Below, piece after piece: positions 1-10,925 of a stretch of 64,000 bases of DNA (position 1 is the stretch's first letter; each line of letters opens with the position of its first letter). The position numbers and the translations under genes are program-made. Below the pieces are notes generated by a model. That model saw nothing but the letters and a program-made list of their open reading frames with translations. It did not search any database and was not told the DNA's origin. Source of the DNA: Candidatus Cloacimonadales bacterium (GTDB lineage: Bacteria > Cloacimonadota > Cloacimonadia > Cloacimonadales > JAIOQZ01); NCBI GenBank assembly GCA_963662655.2, contig CAXXTU010000002.1:224001-288000 (forward strand), given 5' to 3'.

Positions 1-936
1 GCCGATGGGGAAGCTCTTTTGAGGGATGAACTTCGATTTGCCGTTGTAGATGATCGGGAACGGGTACTGACCGCCGTTGGCGCACAGCATGGTGTGCTGC
101 TCGGTGTCGATCACGCCGAAGAAGATGGTGAGGAATTTATCGATGTTCTGATATAAAATTTCCGCGTTGAGTTCCTGAAGGATCTTCGACGGACTGAAGA
201 TTGTCCGGTCTCCTTCATCGAAATACTCCCGCAACTGGCGTGACATAAAGCTCTTGAGAAGAACCGTCACGAAAGCGGAGGATACGCCGTGGCCGGACAC
301 ATCGGCGATGTAGAATCCGATGTGGGTGTCGTCGATGGCGAAGTAGTCGAGGAAATCGCCGCTCAGAAACGTGGAAGGGATCAGATGCCGGCTGAATTCG
401 TAGTTTCCGAACATCTGAATTTCGAGCGGGAGAAGCTGGAATTGAATCCTTCTACCGGATTTCTCGTCTTCCTCCAGCTTGGTGATGACGTCGCTCAGCT
501 CTTGATTCACCTTCATCAGGTGCTCGCGCTGAAGGCGATTGTCTCGTAAGAGTTGCGCTCGCTCGAAGGAACGTTCCAGAGAATGCTGGAAGATGTCGAG
601 CTTTGAAACCGGCTTGAGGATGTAGTCCCAAGCGCCTTGGCGAATGGCTTTGACAACCTCCTGCACGTCGTTGAGCCCCGAAACCGCGATGATCGGGATC
701 TCGGGATAGGTCTTGCTGACGTGCGAGATAACCTGGAATCCGTCGATTTCCGGCATCATCAAGTCCACCAGAATCATATCGACTTTTTCGTTCTTGAGAG
801 TTTCAAGCGCGACCCCGCCGTGCGAGGCTTCCAGGGTTTCATAGCCTAATCGGTTCAATATTGTACATAACGTGTAACGTACAATTTCTTCATCCTCGGT
901 AACGAGAATTCTCTTTTTGAGCTCTTGGTCAGCCAT
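1..936 (-). CDS. Response regulator fused to PP2C/SpoIIE phosphatase (RssB-like); runs off the window edge
   Basis: Manual translation from ATG at 936: MADQELKKRILVTEDEE...DLMMPEIDG...GAWDYILKP (receiver), then LSGDFLDYF...IADVSGHGVSSA (PP2C). Absent from the ORF track because the stop lies outside the window. Confidence 0.88.
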   Translation of the reverse strand, partial: MADQELKKRILVTEDEEIVRYTLCTILNRLGYETLEASHGGVALETLKNEKVDMILVDLMMPEIDGFQVISHVSKTYPEIPIIAVSGLNDVQEVVKAIRQGAWDYILKPVSKLDIFQHSLERSFERAQLLRDNRLQREHLMKVNQELSDVITKLEEDEKSGRRIQFQLLPLEIQMFGNYEFSRHLIPSTFLSGDFLDYFAIDDTHIGFYIADVSGHGVSSAFVTVLLKSFMSRQLREYFDEGDRTIFSPSKILQELNAEILYQNIDKFLTIFFGVIDTEQHTMLCANGGQYPFPIIYNGKSKFIPQKSFPIG

Positions 937-1040
937 TTTGTTCCTACGTCCTGAGTATTATTTTTGATCTTACATCAAATCAAGAATCGATTCACTTATC
1001 TGTCAACAATTTCATGTTCATCGCATGAAATTCTTAATAA

Positions 1041-4000
1041 TCACGGGCGAACGATAACGCGTTTCAGCACTGCTCCGATCTCCTCAATCTTGTATGGTTT
1101 TGGGATTACGTCGAGGAATCCGTACTCCCTGAAATTCTCGATCGTCAGGTTGCTGCTGTATCCGCTGGAGGCTATTGCCCTGATATCCGGGTCCATTTCC
1201 ATCAGGTGCTTGATGCATTCCTTGCCGCCCATCGCACCCGGAACGGTCAGGTCAAGGATAACCGCTGCGTACGGTTTGTTGCTCTCCAGAGCTTCACGAT
1301 ATTTATCGATCGCTTCTTCTCCATGATCGGCAAAATCCACTCTGTACTGAAGAAATTCGAGGAAGTTACCGATCGAATCCTTCACAATCTGGTCATCGTC
1401 CATCACAAGGATAGACTGGTGCTGCCCTTGAATATCCTGCACCTTTGCTTTGCCGGTCTCGATGGATTCCGTTGTGGATGGGAGGAAGATATCGAACCTT
1501 GCGCCTTCTCCCGGGCGTGACTCGACCTGTATGTGGCCTTTGTGATTCTTGATGATGGAATAGGTCATCGAAAGGCCCAGTCCATTGCCCTCTTCCTTCG
1601 TCGTGAAATAGGGATCGAAGATTTTGTCCAGAAACTCCTGCGGTATCCCCGGCCCATTGTCTACGATGGTCAACTTCACGTAGAGCCCGGGCTTGAGCGA
1701 TACGATCTGCTCCGGTTTCACGGCAACATTGCATGCGGATATTTTTAAAATTCCGCCCTCTTTCATGGCCTGAAGGGCATTTAAAACAAGATTGTTCACC
1801 ACCTGGCTGATCTGGCCGGGATCGACGTTTACCTGATCCAGGTTATCGGCGAAATCGAGATCGCTCTTCACGTTCGATCCGCTCATGACGAACGACACGG
1901 TTTCCTTGACAATCTCGATCAGGTTCGTTGTCTGCTTGATGGGATCACCCCCTTTGGAAAATGTAAGAAGCTGGTGCGTGAGGTCCCTTGCCTGGAGAGC
2001 GGCTTTTTCGGCGTTGGTGATCTTTTCTGTTATTTTCGGGTGCTCGGTCGCGAATATCTTTGCGATCGAGATATTTCCGATGATTGCAGTGAGGATATTG
2101 TTGAAGTCGTGTGCGATGCCTCCCGCGAGCAGGGAAAGGGTTTCCATCTTCTGGATTTTCATGATTTCCCGCTCCAGCGCATGTTTCTCGGTGATATCCC
2201 TGAAAACGAGCACCAGTCCCACGGCATTGCCTGAGTGATCGTGGATGGGGGCGGCGCTGTAGATAATCAAGTGTTCGCTTCCATCGGTGGAAACCAGCAT
2301 GGACTGTTCTTCCAGTTCGATGGAATTGCCCGACTGGAGTAGGTTTGTGACCGGATTGTTGATCGGCGAACGGGTCGATTCGTCCACGAGGTTGAACACT
2401 TCCGAGATGGGCTTGTTCATCGCGTTCGCCACCGTCCATCCGGTGAGTTCGGAGGCAACCTGGTTGAGGAGCGTCACGCGTCCTTCGATATCCGTGGCAA
2501 TAACGGCATCGACGATGCTCGCAAGGATGACGGAAAGATGCTCCTTCTCGGCAGCCAAGGCCTTATCCGCCATTTTTTGACGGGTGATATCCTGAATTGC
2601 AATAATGACATGATCTTCGTTGTTGACCTTCATCATGCTTCCTGACATGATGACGGGAAATTCGTCTCCGTTTTTACGCGCATTGACAAACTCGGTTGCA
2701 AACCAACCCAATGCCTTGGCATCGCGCGCAACCTTCATGATATCATCCACTCTTGATTTAGGCACAAGGTCGACAACGCTCATTCCGAGCAGTTCGTCGC
2801 GAGTGTAACCGGTCATTGTCTGCGCTGCCTCGTTGCAATCGATGATTTTATCGGCGAATCGCTCCAGATACAACGCAACGGGTGTCGAGTTGAATATCAT
2901 CTTGAAGCGGTCCTGCGCAGTCTGAAGGTCTTTTACAGCAGTGTTGTGATCGGTGATGTCCCTGTATATTGCAAAAACTCCGATCTGCTCTTCGCTCATG
3001 AAAATGGGGTATCCCATTATGGCGACGTCTATCGAAGCGCCGTCCTTTCTCATTCGTTTCGATTCATGGATAATGGTCTGCTTGTTCAAGACCATGTTCG
3101 AATACCCGGAGGCTTCGTCGTACAGTTCCATTGGCACGATGAGGCTATTGATGGTTTTTCCGATGCATTCCTCCGGTTGATACTGGAACATCCTGGAAAA
3201 GCTCGTGTTGATCATCATCACTTCGTCGCGGTTGTTCACCAGTGCGATCGCCGTGGGAGAATTCTCGAAAAGCTGCTCGAAATACGCCTTCTGAACCTCG
3301 AGCTCCTCAAGCCTGGCGCTCACCTCGGAAATGTTCGTGACAATCACGAAACTCCCCAAATCGTCCGGGGAAATCCCGTATACCTGATTGATCGAGATGA
3401 TCACCGGAATGGGGGCCCCCTCAAGGGGTTTGATTTTCACTTCCAGGCTTACCGACCGAGGCGCGTTTTCCCGTGCCGCAAAACCCGATGCGATATCCCG
3501 CTCGCTCAATTCATGGATGAAATCGGCGAGCTTGTATCGATGAATGTCCTTGCGGTCCGCTCCGACAAGACGACAGAACGGTTCGTTGGCATATTTGATT
3601 TGTCCGTTGACCGTGATCCGCGCGAATCCCTCGTTCATCGCCTCGATGATCTGCGAATAGCGCATCTGATTCCTGTATGTCTCCTGCTCCGCTTTTCTTC
3701 TGAAGCTGATCTCCGATTCGAGCTCTTTGTCCCGCTCGAAAAGCGTCATCATCTTTGCGCGGATTTTTCGGCGCGAAGACAATATAATGATCAACGCGAC
3801 CAGGCAGAGTAGGGCGAATGAGAAGAGTGCCGTCTGGAAAATTTTGCTCTGGTTTTCCTTGCCCTGGTCAATGATGTTGGGTGTTATGTTCAGCCAGCGA
3901 TTGATCGCCTTGTAATAGGCCGATTGCGGGTCGGATTTCATCTGCTCGAGGTGCCTGTCGATCATCTTGAGCAGCGTGGCATTGCTTTCCTTCCTCGATG

Positions 4001-4622
4001 CGAAGCGCAACTCGATCGGCTTGAAGATGATCCCGCTTGGCACCAGATCGAAGCGGCTTTCGTGGATTCTGCCGTAAAACCGGGCAACGATTCCGGCATC
4101 GACTTCGCCGCTGTCAATCAACCGAAACACTCCGTCATAGTCATCGACGACGACAAAATCCGTCGGGATGTCGAATTTCGCCAGCTTGTCCCTGAGGTCT
4201 TCATAATAGATGTCTTTTTCAACATAAGCGATTTTTTTGTCTTTAAGGTCCAGAATGGTCGTAATGGGGGACTTCTCCCGGATATAGATTCTCCCCCAAT
4301 TTGTCAGCACTGCCTGCTGGTTGTAGTTAAAGCGCTCGGCCCTTTCATCGGTGTATGCGATTGCCACCATCAGTTCGACCCACCCCTGCGCAAGGAGATC
4401 GAGGCATTCCGTGAATGTTCCGCCGACGTAAATCAGCGTCCATCCTTCTTTCTGGGCAATCTCATTGAGGATGTCGATGTAGAGCCCTTCAATCTGGCCG
4501 TCCTCGCTGGTGAACACCAACGGGTGGTTTTCGTACACCGCAACGCGAATAACGGTTTCGGCGCATAGGATAGAGAAAAAAAGCATCAGGAATACGAATC
4601 CGGGAAGTATAAATCTTTTCAT
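1041..4622 (-). CDS. Hybrid sensor histidine kinase (periplasmic SBP family 3 domain, TM, about four PAS domains, HisKA, HATPase, receiver)
   Basis: Signal peptide, SBP-like N-terminus, LAGGIAHDFNNIL H-box, DNGPGI and GLGL ATPase boxes, C-terminal ILVMDDD...LDLTVPG receiver. Confidence 0.93.
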   Translation of the reverse strand: MKRFILPGFVFLMLFFSILCAETVIRVAVYENHPLVFTSEDGQIEGLYIDILNEIAQKEGWTLIYVGGTFTECLDLLAQGWVELMVAIAYTDERAERFNYNQQAVLTNWGRIYIREKSPITTILDLKDKKIAYVEKDIYYEDLRDKLAKFDIPTDFVVVDDYDGVFRLIDSGEVDAGIVARFYGRIHESRFDLVPSGIIFKPIELRFASRKESNATLLKMIDRHLEQMKSDPQSAYYKAINRWLNITPNIIDQGKENQSKIFQTALFSFALLCLVALIIILSSRRKIRAKMMTLFERDKELESEISFRRKAEQETYRNQMRYSQIIEAMNEGFARITVNGQIKYANEPFCRLVGADRKDIHRYKLADFIHELSERDIASGFAARENAPRSVSLEVKIKPLEGAPIPVIISINQVYGISPDDLGSFVIVTNISEVSARLEELEVQKAYFEQLFENSPTAIALVNNRDEVMMINTSFSRMFQYQPEECIGKTINSLIVPMELYDEASGYSNMVLNKQTIIHESKRMRKDGASIDVAIMGYPIFMSEEQIGVFAIYRDITDHNTAVKDLQTAQDRFKMIFNSTPVALYLERFADKIIDCNEAAQTMTGYTRDELLGMSVVDLVPKSRVDDIMKVARDAKALGWFATEFVNARKNGDEFPVIMSGSMMKVNNEDHVIIAIQDITRQKMADKALAAEKEHLSVILASIVDAVIATDIEGRVTLLNQVASELTGWTVANAMNKPISEVFNLVDESTRSPINNPVTNLLQSGNSIELEEQSMLVSTDGSEHLIIYSAAPIHDHSGNAVGLVLVFRDITEKHALEREIMKIQKMETLSLLAGGIAHDFNNILTAIIGNISIAKIFATEHPKITEKITNAEKAALQARDLTHQLLTFSKGGDPIKQTTNLIEIVKETVSFVMSGSNVKSDLDFADNLDQVNVDPGQISQVVNNLVLNALQAMKEGGILKISACNVAVKPEQIVSLKPGLYVKLTIVDNGPGIPQEFLDKIFDPYFTTKEEGNGLGLSMTYSIIKNHKGHIQVESRPGEGARFDIFLPSTTESIETGKAKVQDIQGQHQSILVMDDDQIVKDSIGNFLEFLQYRVDFADHGEEAIDKYREALESNKPYAAVILDLTVPGAMGGKECIKHLMEMDPDIRAIASSGYSSNLTIENFREYGFLDVIPKPYKIEEIGAVLKRVIVRP

Positions 4623-4725
4623 AGGCGCTTCGCTTACGTTCGGTCAATCAGTTACGTTAAGTAAAAACCAGGCGGGACGCTTCTCTCAAGCATTCCGCGT
4701 TTTATATCGTAGAAGGCTATCGGCT

Positions 4726-5667
4726 CTAAGAGCCTGAGATTTTGTAGAATGTTCCGCGTTCGAGAACTTCCGATTCGATCTCGCTATTTTGAATCAGCTT
4801 CTTCAGTTCCGGAAGCAGGTATTTCTCGGCAACTTGCAGGGAAGCGGAGAGATCGGCCGAGGTGCAGGGCCTTCTCCGGATCAGGTTGATAATCCGGTCT
4901 CGAAGATCGACGGAGGCATCCTTCTGCTCGATGAACAGAGAGAATCGGGCGATGATTTCCACCGGCAAGTCGCTCCATGAATCCGCAATGGCTCGCATTT
5001 CGTTTTCCGACATGGGCCTGACCCAGTCTTCCGTTCCCGGGCGGTCCAGCGTGTTGAGCTGAACGCGGTCGGGTTGGATGTCTGCGATTACTTCGTGGAG
5101 CCGGGTGAGTTCGTCCTGCGTGTCGTTGATTCCTTTAACGAGAAACACTTCCAGCCACATTTCGCCGGAGAAATCTTTCTGGAAAATCTTCAGGCCCTCG
5201 ATGATATCACGGATATCGATGCCGGGGGCGGGGCGGTTCACTTTGCGGAAGACCTTTTGTGTCGCCGCGTCTAGGGACGGCAGTAAAATGTTGCAGGCTA
5301 AAAGGCTCTCTCTTACCTCTGCGATTGCCATCGTGGTTGCGTTTGTAATGACAGCGAGAGGATATTCGGGATATTTCCGTTTGATGTGCCGCGCGATTTC
5401 GCCCAAGCCGGAGTGGAGGGTTGGTTCCCCTGCGCCGGAAAAGGTGATGATGTCCAGTGTGGGTTTCTGCGAGAGGTAGTGATCGATTTCAGCAATGATT
5501 TCCTGCGTGGGATACCAGGCTTCCAGGTTTGTCGTCAGGTGGGTTGTTGCGCCCGATTCGCAATAAACGCAATTCAGGCTGCATGTTTTGTAGGGAATCA
5601 GGTCGACTCCGAGCGACATGCCGAGCCTTCTGGACGGAACGGGACCAAATAAATACCGGTACTGCAT
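4726..5667 (-). CDS. Radical SAM protein (FGPVPSRRLG family)
   Basis: FGPVPSRRLGMSLGVDL and CSLNCVYC motif, FSGAGEPTL. Confidence 0.88.
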   Translation of the reverse strand: MQYRYLFGPVPSRRLGMSLGVDLIPYKTCSLNCVYCESGATTHLTTNLEAWYPTQEIIAEIDHYLSQKPTLDIITFSGAGEPTLHSGLGEIARHIKRKYPEYPLAVITNATTMAIAEVRESLLACNILLPSLDAATQKVFRKVNRPAPGIDIRDIIEGLKIFQKDFSGEMWLEVFLVKGINDTQDELTRLHEVIADIQPDRVQLNTLDRPGTEDWVRPMSENEMRAIADSWSDLPVEIIARFSLFIEQKDASVDLRDRIINLIRRRPCTSADLSASLQVAEKYLLPELKKLIQNSEIESEVLERGTFYKISGS

Positions 5668-5723
5668 TTTGACTGCTCTCGTAATAGGGGGAGACGCGCT
5701 CCCCCTTCAATGTAGTGTTTCGA

Positions 5724-7076
5724 TTAACTGAATTTCGCGATTCTTTCTTCGACGATTTTGCGGATTTCTTCCAGTCTTTCCTGTGTTTCCGCTTCGAAAC
5801 GGAGTACCAGGACGGGTTGTGTGTTCGATGCGCGAACGAGTCCCCAGCCGTCGGCGTAGGTTACGCGCATACCGTCGATGCCATTGACATCCGCGCCTTC
5901 CTCGATGAAGGAATCGCGCACCTTGTCCACGATGTCGAACTTGGTTTCGTCGGGGCAATCGACGCGAATCTCGGGGGTGTTGTACATCTTGGGCTGATCG
6001 GCGAGGAACTGGCTGACGGGCTTGTCCGTTTTGGCCATGATCTCAACGAAACGGCAGCACGCGTAGATGGCGTCGTCAAACCCGAAGTAGCGATCCGCGA
6101 AGAAGATATGGCCGCTCATCTCCCCACCCATGCGGACGTTGTCTTCCTTCATTTTCTTCTTGATCATGGAGTGGCCGGTTTTGTACATGATCGGCTGGCC
6201 GCCATGTTTCGCGATGTCGTCGTAAAAATTCTTGGAGCACTTGACGTCTCCCACGACCTTCTCACCCGGGAAGTCCTTGAGGAAATCGCGAGCGAAGATG
6301 TTGAGAATCTGATCGCCGAAAACGGGGTTGCCGTTCTCGTCGACCACGCCGATGCGGTCCGCGTCGCCGTCGAGCCCGAGTCCGACCTCGGCGTCGGTGG
6401 TTTTAACTTCCTTGATCAGGTCCTGAATGTACTCGATAACGGTAGGATCCGGGTGATGGTTCGGGAAGGTTCCGTCCATCTCGCAATAGAGTTCCTTCAC
6501 TTCACAGCCGAGCCTGCGCAGGACATCCGGCAGGATTGGTCCGCCGGCGCCGTTTCCGGCATCGACGATCACTTTGACCTTGCGTTCGATGTTCAGGTGT
6601 TCCACGAGGTAATCCTGATAGATGGGGATGAGGCCTTCGAAAACCTTCTTCACGCCTTTGCCTTCGGTGTATTCTTCGCCCTGGATGATTCTGAGTATCT
6701 TCTGAATCTCTTCGCCGTAAATGCTCATGAGCCCGATATTGAGCTTGAAGCCGTTGTACTCCGGTGGGTTGTGGCTGCCGGTGATCATCACGCCGGCATC
6801 GGTTCCCAGATACTGGATGGCGTAGTAGAGAACGGGTGTTGCCAGAATGCCCACATCCGTAACTTCGCAGCCGCACTGAAGAAGTCCTTCCGTGAAGCGT
6901 TCCTTGAAGCGTGGGGAGCTCAAACGAGCGTCACCGCCGATAACGACCGATTTGAGATCGTGGTGGCGAAGATACGTTCCGAATCCGCGACCGAGCATGG
7001 TTACGGTTTCGTCCGTAAGATCCTTGTCGACGATTCCGCGGACGTCGTATTGCCTGAATATTTGTGGATTAATCAT
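5724..7076 (-). CDS. Phosphomannomutase/phosphoglucomutase
   Basis: IFRQYDVRG, TGSHNP phosphoserine loop, DGDADR metal loop, GEMSGH. Confidence 0.95.
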   Translation of the reverse strand: MINPQIFRQYDVRGIVDKDLTDETVTMLGRGFGTYLRHHDLKSVVIGGDARLSSPRFKERFTEGLLQCGCEVTDVGILATPVLYYAIQYLGTDAGVMITGSHNPPEYNGFKLNIGLMSIYGEEIQKILRIIQGEEYTEGKGVKKVFEGLIPIYQDYLVEHLNIERKVKVIVDAGNGAGGPILPDVLRRLGCEVKELYCEMDGTFPNHHPDPTVIEYIQDLIKEVKTTDAEVGLGLDGDADRIGVVDENGNPVFGDQILNIFARDFLKDFPGEKVVGDVKCSKNFYDDIAKHGGQPIMYKTGHSMIKKKMKEDNVRMGGEMSGHIFFADRYFGFDDAIYACCRFVEIMAKTDKPVSQFLADQPKMYNTPEIRVDCPDETKFDIVDKVRDSFIEEGADVNGIDGMRVTYADGWGLVRASNTQPVLVLRFEAETQERLEEIRKIVEERIAKFS

Positions 7077-7089
7077 AAGACCTCCATGG

Positions 7090-7689
7090 TTATTTATCTT
7101 GTTGAATCAATTTTATTATTGCCGGTAAGATATTCCTGAAAGCCCGGCCTCTGTGGCTGATCACGTGCTTGGCCGATTCTCCCATTTCACCGAACGTCAT
7201 TCCGGTTTCGATCGCTTCGAACACGGCGTCGTATCCGAAACCGTTCTCACCGCGTTCTTCGCTTGTAATTACACCCTCGACCGCGCCCGGGGCGGTGTCG
7301 ATCAATCCTTTGGGGCTCGCGAGCGCAACGACCGTGCGGAACCTTGCGCTGCGGTTCCGTTTGTTCTGCATCTCCGCGAGCATTTTCAGGCGGTTGTCAC
7401 GATAGGTGCATCCTTCACCCGCGAAGCGAGCCGCCATTACGCCAGGCGCGCCGTCCAGCGCATCGACGAAAAGGCCGGTATCGTCCGAGAGGGTAAGGTA
7501 GCCGGTTGCTTTGGCGATCTCGGTTGCTTTCTTGATTGCGTTGGCTTCGATCGTGTCGCCGTCTTCAATCACATCGGGCACGTTCAGGACGTCGTCCGCA
7601 CTAAGAATGCGAACGCCCTCTATTTGCGACATGATTTCACGAATCTCCCGTACCTTGTCCTTGTTGTGGGTACCAAGAAGTATATCCAT
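7090..7689 (-). CDS. rdgB: Non-canonical purine NTP pyrophosphatase (HAM1 family)
   Basis: THNKDK, DDTGL.VDALDGAPGV, GFGYD, SHRGRA; start placed at MDILLG (7689). Confidence 0.93.
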   Translation of the reverse strand: MDILLGTHNKDKVREIREIMSQIEGVRILSADDVLNVPDVIEDGDTIEANAIKKATEIAKATGYLTLSDDTGLFVDALDGAPGVMAARFAGEGCTYRDNRLKMLAEMQNKRNRSARFRTVVALASPKGLIDTAPGAVEGVITSEERGENGFGYDAVFEAIETGMTFGEMGESAKHVISHRGRAFRNILPAIIKLIQQDK

Positions 7690-7691
7690 TA

Positions 7692-8204
7692 CTATTCTCC
7701 TGAACGAGTGTGTTGATGAATCCATTTGCGAATTTTGTCCAGATTCTTTTTCCCGACGAAGCGATAAGCTTGTTCAGTGATCTCTTTAATCGTGTGCAGG
7801 AGACTGCGATCGCCGCTCCAGTGGTACTCGAGAATCTCGGGATCAACATCATTCATGATGGTGTTCAGACCGAAGATCACGATTAAAAGGTCGTCTACGT
7901 AGCCGATGAACGGAATGAAATCGGGAATGATGTCGATGGGGAGGATGAGGTAGCCGACGATGGACCCGATGAATATCCTGAAACGGATCGGGATGCGCTT
8001 CTCGGATAGCAGGCGGATGATCAGGATGACGAGGTCCGGCAGCAGGAACAGGTATTCCATAAAGGGGTGTTTGGATTCTCCGTACGATGCCAAACGGTTT
8101 CGCAGTTTTTCATAGAACCGGAAGAGCTTCCTGCCTCCACCCGGCACAACCTCATCGAGGAGCCGATGATCGATTTTTTCATTGTTGAATTCACTCTGAG
8201 TCAT
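7692..8204 (-). CDS. DUF1232 (YkvA-like) membrane protein
   Basis: YLILPIDIIPDFIPFIGYVDD motif. Confidence 0.85.
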   Translation of the reverse strand: MTQSEFNNEKIDHRLLDEVVPGGGRKLFRFYEKLRNRLASYGESKHPFMEYLFLLPDLVILIIRLLSEKRIPIRFRIFIGSIVGYLILPIDIIPDFIPFIGYVDDLLIVIFGLNTIMNDVDPEILEYHWSGDRSLLHTIKEITEQAYRFVGKKNLDKIRKWIHQHTRSGE

Positions 8205-8216
8205 TTTCTCCTCCTG

Positions 8217-9059
8217 TTACATTGTTTCGCTGACGAGCTTGCGGATGTTCAGCTCATGCATGACGGGCACCCAGAAATCTTCCGACACTGTTCCCGGCAC
8301 GCATGATTCCTGAGGGATCGCACGGATTATCTTCTGCGATAGCTCGTCGGGGTCAACGTTTATTGGTTTTTCATTTGCGATGTATTCCTTGAACTGCTTC
8401 TTCAAGCTTCTCAGATACGATGTATGATTTTGGACATAGCTTGCTTCAACGGCTTCTCCATGCCCCGGAACGATGGTGTCGATATCGAGCCAGCCGAGTT
8501 TTTCAAGTGAAAGTTGGTAGATATCGCTGTCGCCCCAGTAGAAATAGGGGACAGCTACTTTGTCGCCGGGGCCGGTGAGGATGGTATCTCCGGCGATAAG
8601 GATTTTTCCTTCCGGCAGGTAGACGACGGAACTGTCCATCGTGTGCCCTGGCGTGTGGAGGATGCTGATTGAGATGGGACGCTCGATTTGTATGGATGCG
8701 AAGTAGCAAATATCCGGGAATACGAGATTCTTACGGTCGAGAATGGACCTTGCGTTTGGAGCGATGACGTTGCGTTCGCTGGTTATGGTTTCCATATAGT
8801 CGCCATGAGCGATAATCGTTGTCGTTTCGTCCCTGAGAAACCGGTTGCCGTAACAGTGGTCGCTGTGCCAGTGTGTGTTGATGAGATATCGGACGGGTTT
8901 TCCACCGAGCTTCTCTTTCAGCTCACGGGAATCTTCCGGCAGGTGCAGTGTGTCGACAACGACGACCGAATCACCGCAATCGATCACGGTTGCGTTGAGC
9001 ATCGCGCGTTTCGCTTGATAGACGGTTACAATATCATTTATGCGGATTTCCCTCAGCAT
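8217..9059 (-). CDS. MBL-fold metallo-hydrolase
   Basis: NTHWHSDHCYGN, TPGHT, AGD, VPGHG. Confidence 0.9.
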   Translation of the reverse strand: MLREIRINDIVTVYQAKRAMLNATVIDCGDSVVVVDTLHLPEDSRELKEKLGGKPVRYLINTHWHSDHCYGNRFLRDETTTIIAHGDYMETITSERNVIAPNARSILDRKNLVFPDICYFASIQIERPISISILHTPGHTMDSSVVYLPEGKILIAGDTILTGPGDKVAVPYFYWGDSDIYQLSLEKLGWLDIDTIVPGHGEAVEASYVQNHTSYLRSLKKQFKEYIANEKPINVDPDELSQKIIRAIPQESCVPGTVSEDFWVPVMHELNIRKLVSETM

Positions 9060-9247
9060 ACATACTCCTTCATTAAAAGCAAAAAACAGTTGCCGATCAT
9101 GTCAATGAAAATCGTTATTGATGCGACAATATTCATATTACCGATAAAGGAAACAACAAAGATTTCCATGATGAATGAATAATGAAAAAGCTTGACGAGA
9201 AATTTTTCAGTTAGCATGACTCGGTTCTCAATTTTCAAGGAGTTATT

Positions 9248-10903
9248 ATGTCATACCGATCTCAAATGATGTCTTATAGTATTAAAGACTCGAATATGAG
9301 AGCTCTATCTCGGGTCAATAATATCAATTCGAGCGAACTCAGCAATCAAATGAAGCAGAACACCGCAGCAATAGCGGGTGGGATGCGTGACATTGCGAAT
9401 TACAATCAGGCTCTGGTTGAAAGTATGGACCAGCAATCCAGGAATATGGGAATGCAGCTGGACGGAATCAACGCAACTCTCATGGATATGCGAGACGTTC
9501 TCGATAAAATCCTCGAGGCAACCTACACAGCGGACAAGGTGAAAGCTGCCAAATTCTCGCTATCACAAGGAGTGAAATTCTTCAACGGTGGTCACTATGA
9601 TGAAGCGATGGCGGAGTTCGATGAAGTGCTGAGGGTATTTCGGGATAATTTCATGGCATATTCCATGAAGGGGCAGATACTTGCCAGCAGGGATGATTAC
9701 GACGCAGCCTTGTTCAACTTCCAAAAAGCGCTAACGTTTGGGTACTCGTATATTTCTGATGAATCGGTGGATCAGGAGAAGTTGGTCAGCTTTTTATTCA
9801 CGCTGAGCTTAAAAACCATCGATACCGCATTCAATGTGGGGAAGCTCGAAGTTGTGAAAGATGTTCTTCAGTCTCTTTCGTCCAATTTCGAGACAGGCAA
9901 TAACGATGAGGTCTCGATTCATATCGGCTACTTGAAGAGCAGATATTATGCAGCCGGGGGCAATGCCGGAGCAAGTATGCGGGAGTTGAGGGTTGTCGTT
10001 GAAAATAACCCATTCTACTTACTGCAGGCTGCGACAGACAATGAATTCGAGAATGTACGTTCATCCATTGCGGATTTGACCGAGGATTTGAGCAAGGAGC
10101 AAAGAGAGATACTTGATAGGTACAAGCAAAAAACCAAGAAATTCCTTCGGAAGCTTTCTGTGCTAAACAAAATGCTGGCGCTATCTTGCTTCGACTACCT
10201 CAATGAATCCCAAAGAAAGAACATTTATCTACGGGCGACAACACAAAATACGAATTGGTCGGCGATTGTTTCAATTGCCGATATTAAAGACTATTTAAAC
10301 CAGATTGAGAAGACTTCGGTGAGATCATGGAGCTATCTGATGCTTCGGGAGATCAATCTCGTCTTTCAAGCGCTGGAAATGAGATTAACAGCAGAACTTG
10401 AACATCTTAAAACGGAAAAAGAAGCCAAGATTAAATATGAAGAAGAAGAACTCATGTTTAATGAGTGTGGCGTAGAAGCAAAACGGAAAAACATTGATAC
10501 GATCAGGAAGAAAGAGAAAGGAAAGAATATAGCAACTCTCTTCTCGGTTATCTTCATTAGTTTGACGATATTCAGTGTGATTTCATTCTTCGTGCTATGG
10601 GGCCAACTGATTCACACCATTTTCGGTGGGTACAATAACTACTTGCATTTTCTGGAGAGGACGTGGCATTTCCCGCATTGGACAATTATTGTGTTTCTCT
10701 ATATCCCTGTGGGGTTTGTTATCTCGATATTTCTTTCTATTACATTTCTTGAGGCCCGAGAAGACAGCTCTTCGGCATTTGAGGAAGCAAAAAGAGATAA
10801 AGAAACATTGACGAAAGCTGAGAATGATATTACTGAACAAAAGGTAAAGCTTGAAGAGCTTCGCAAGGATTACGATGCTTTCCTTGAGGTGGCCCAGGAA
10901 TAG
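9248..10903 (+). CDS. Hypothetical TPR-containing protein with coiled coils and two C-terminal TM helices
   Basis: 551-aa ORF with SD (AAGGAG); TPR-like helices near aa 100-165; two hydrophobic stretches near the C-terminus; AT-rich. Confidence 0.7.
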   Translation: MSYRSQMMSYSIKDSNMRALSRVNNINSSELSNQMKQNTAAIAGGMRDIANYNQALVESMDQQSRNMGMQLDGINATLMDMRDVLDKILEATYTADKVKAAKFSLSQGVKFFNGGHYDEAMAEFDEVLRVFRDNFMAYSMKGQILASRDDYDAALFNFQKALTFGYSYISDESVDQEKLVSFLFTLSLKTIDTAFNVGKLEVVKDVLQSLSSNFETGNNDEVSIHIGYLKSRYYAAGGNAGASMRELRVVVENNPFYLLQAATDNEFENVRSSIADLTEDLSKEQREILDRYKQKTKKFLRKLSVLNKMLALSCFDYLNESQRKNIYLRATTQNTNWSAIVSIADIKDYLNQIEKTSVRSWSYLMLREINLVFQALEMRLTAELEHLKTEKEAKIKYEEEELMFNECGVEAKRKNIDTIRKKEKGKNIATLFSVIFISLTIFSVISFFVLWGQLIHTIFGGYNNYLHFLERTWHFPHWTIIVFLYIPVGFVISIFLSITFLEAREDSSSAFEEAKRDKETLTKAENDITEQKVKLEELRKDYDAFLEVAQE

Positions 10904-10925
10904 GCGGTATCGGCCATTCCTTACC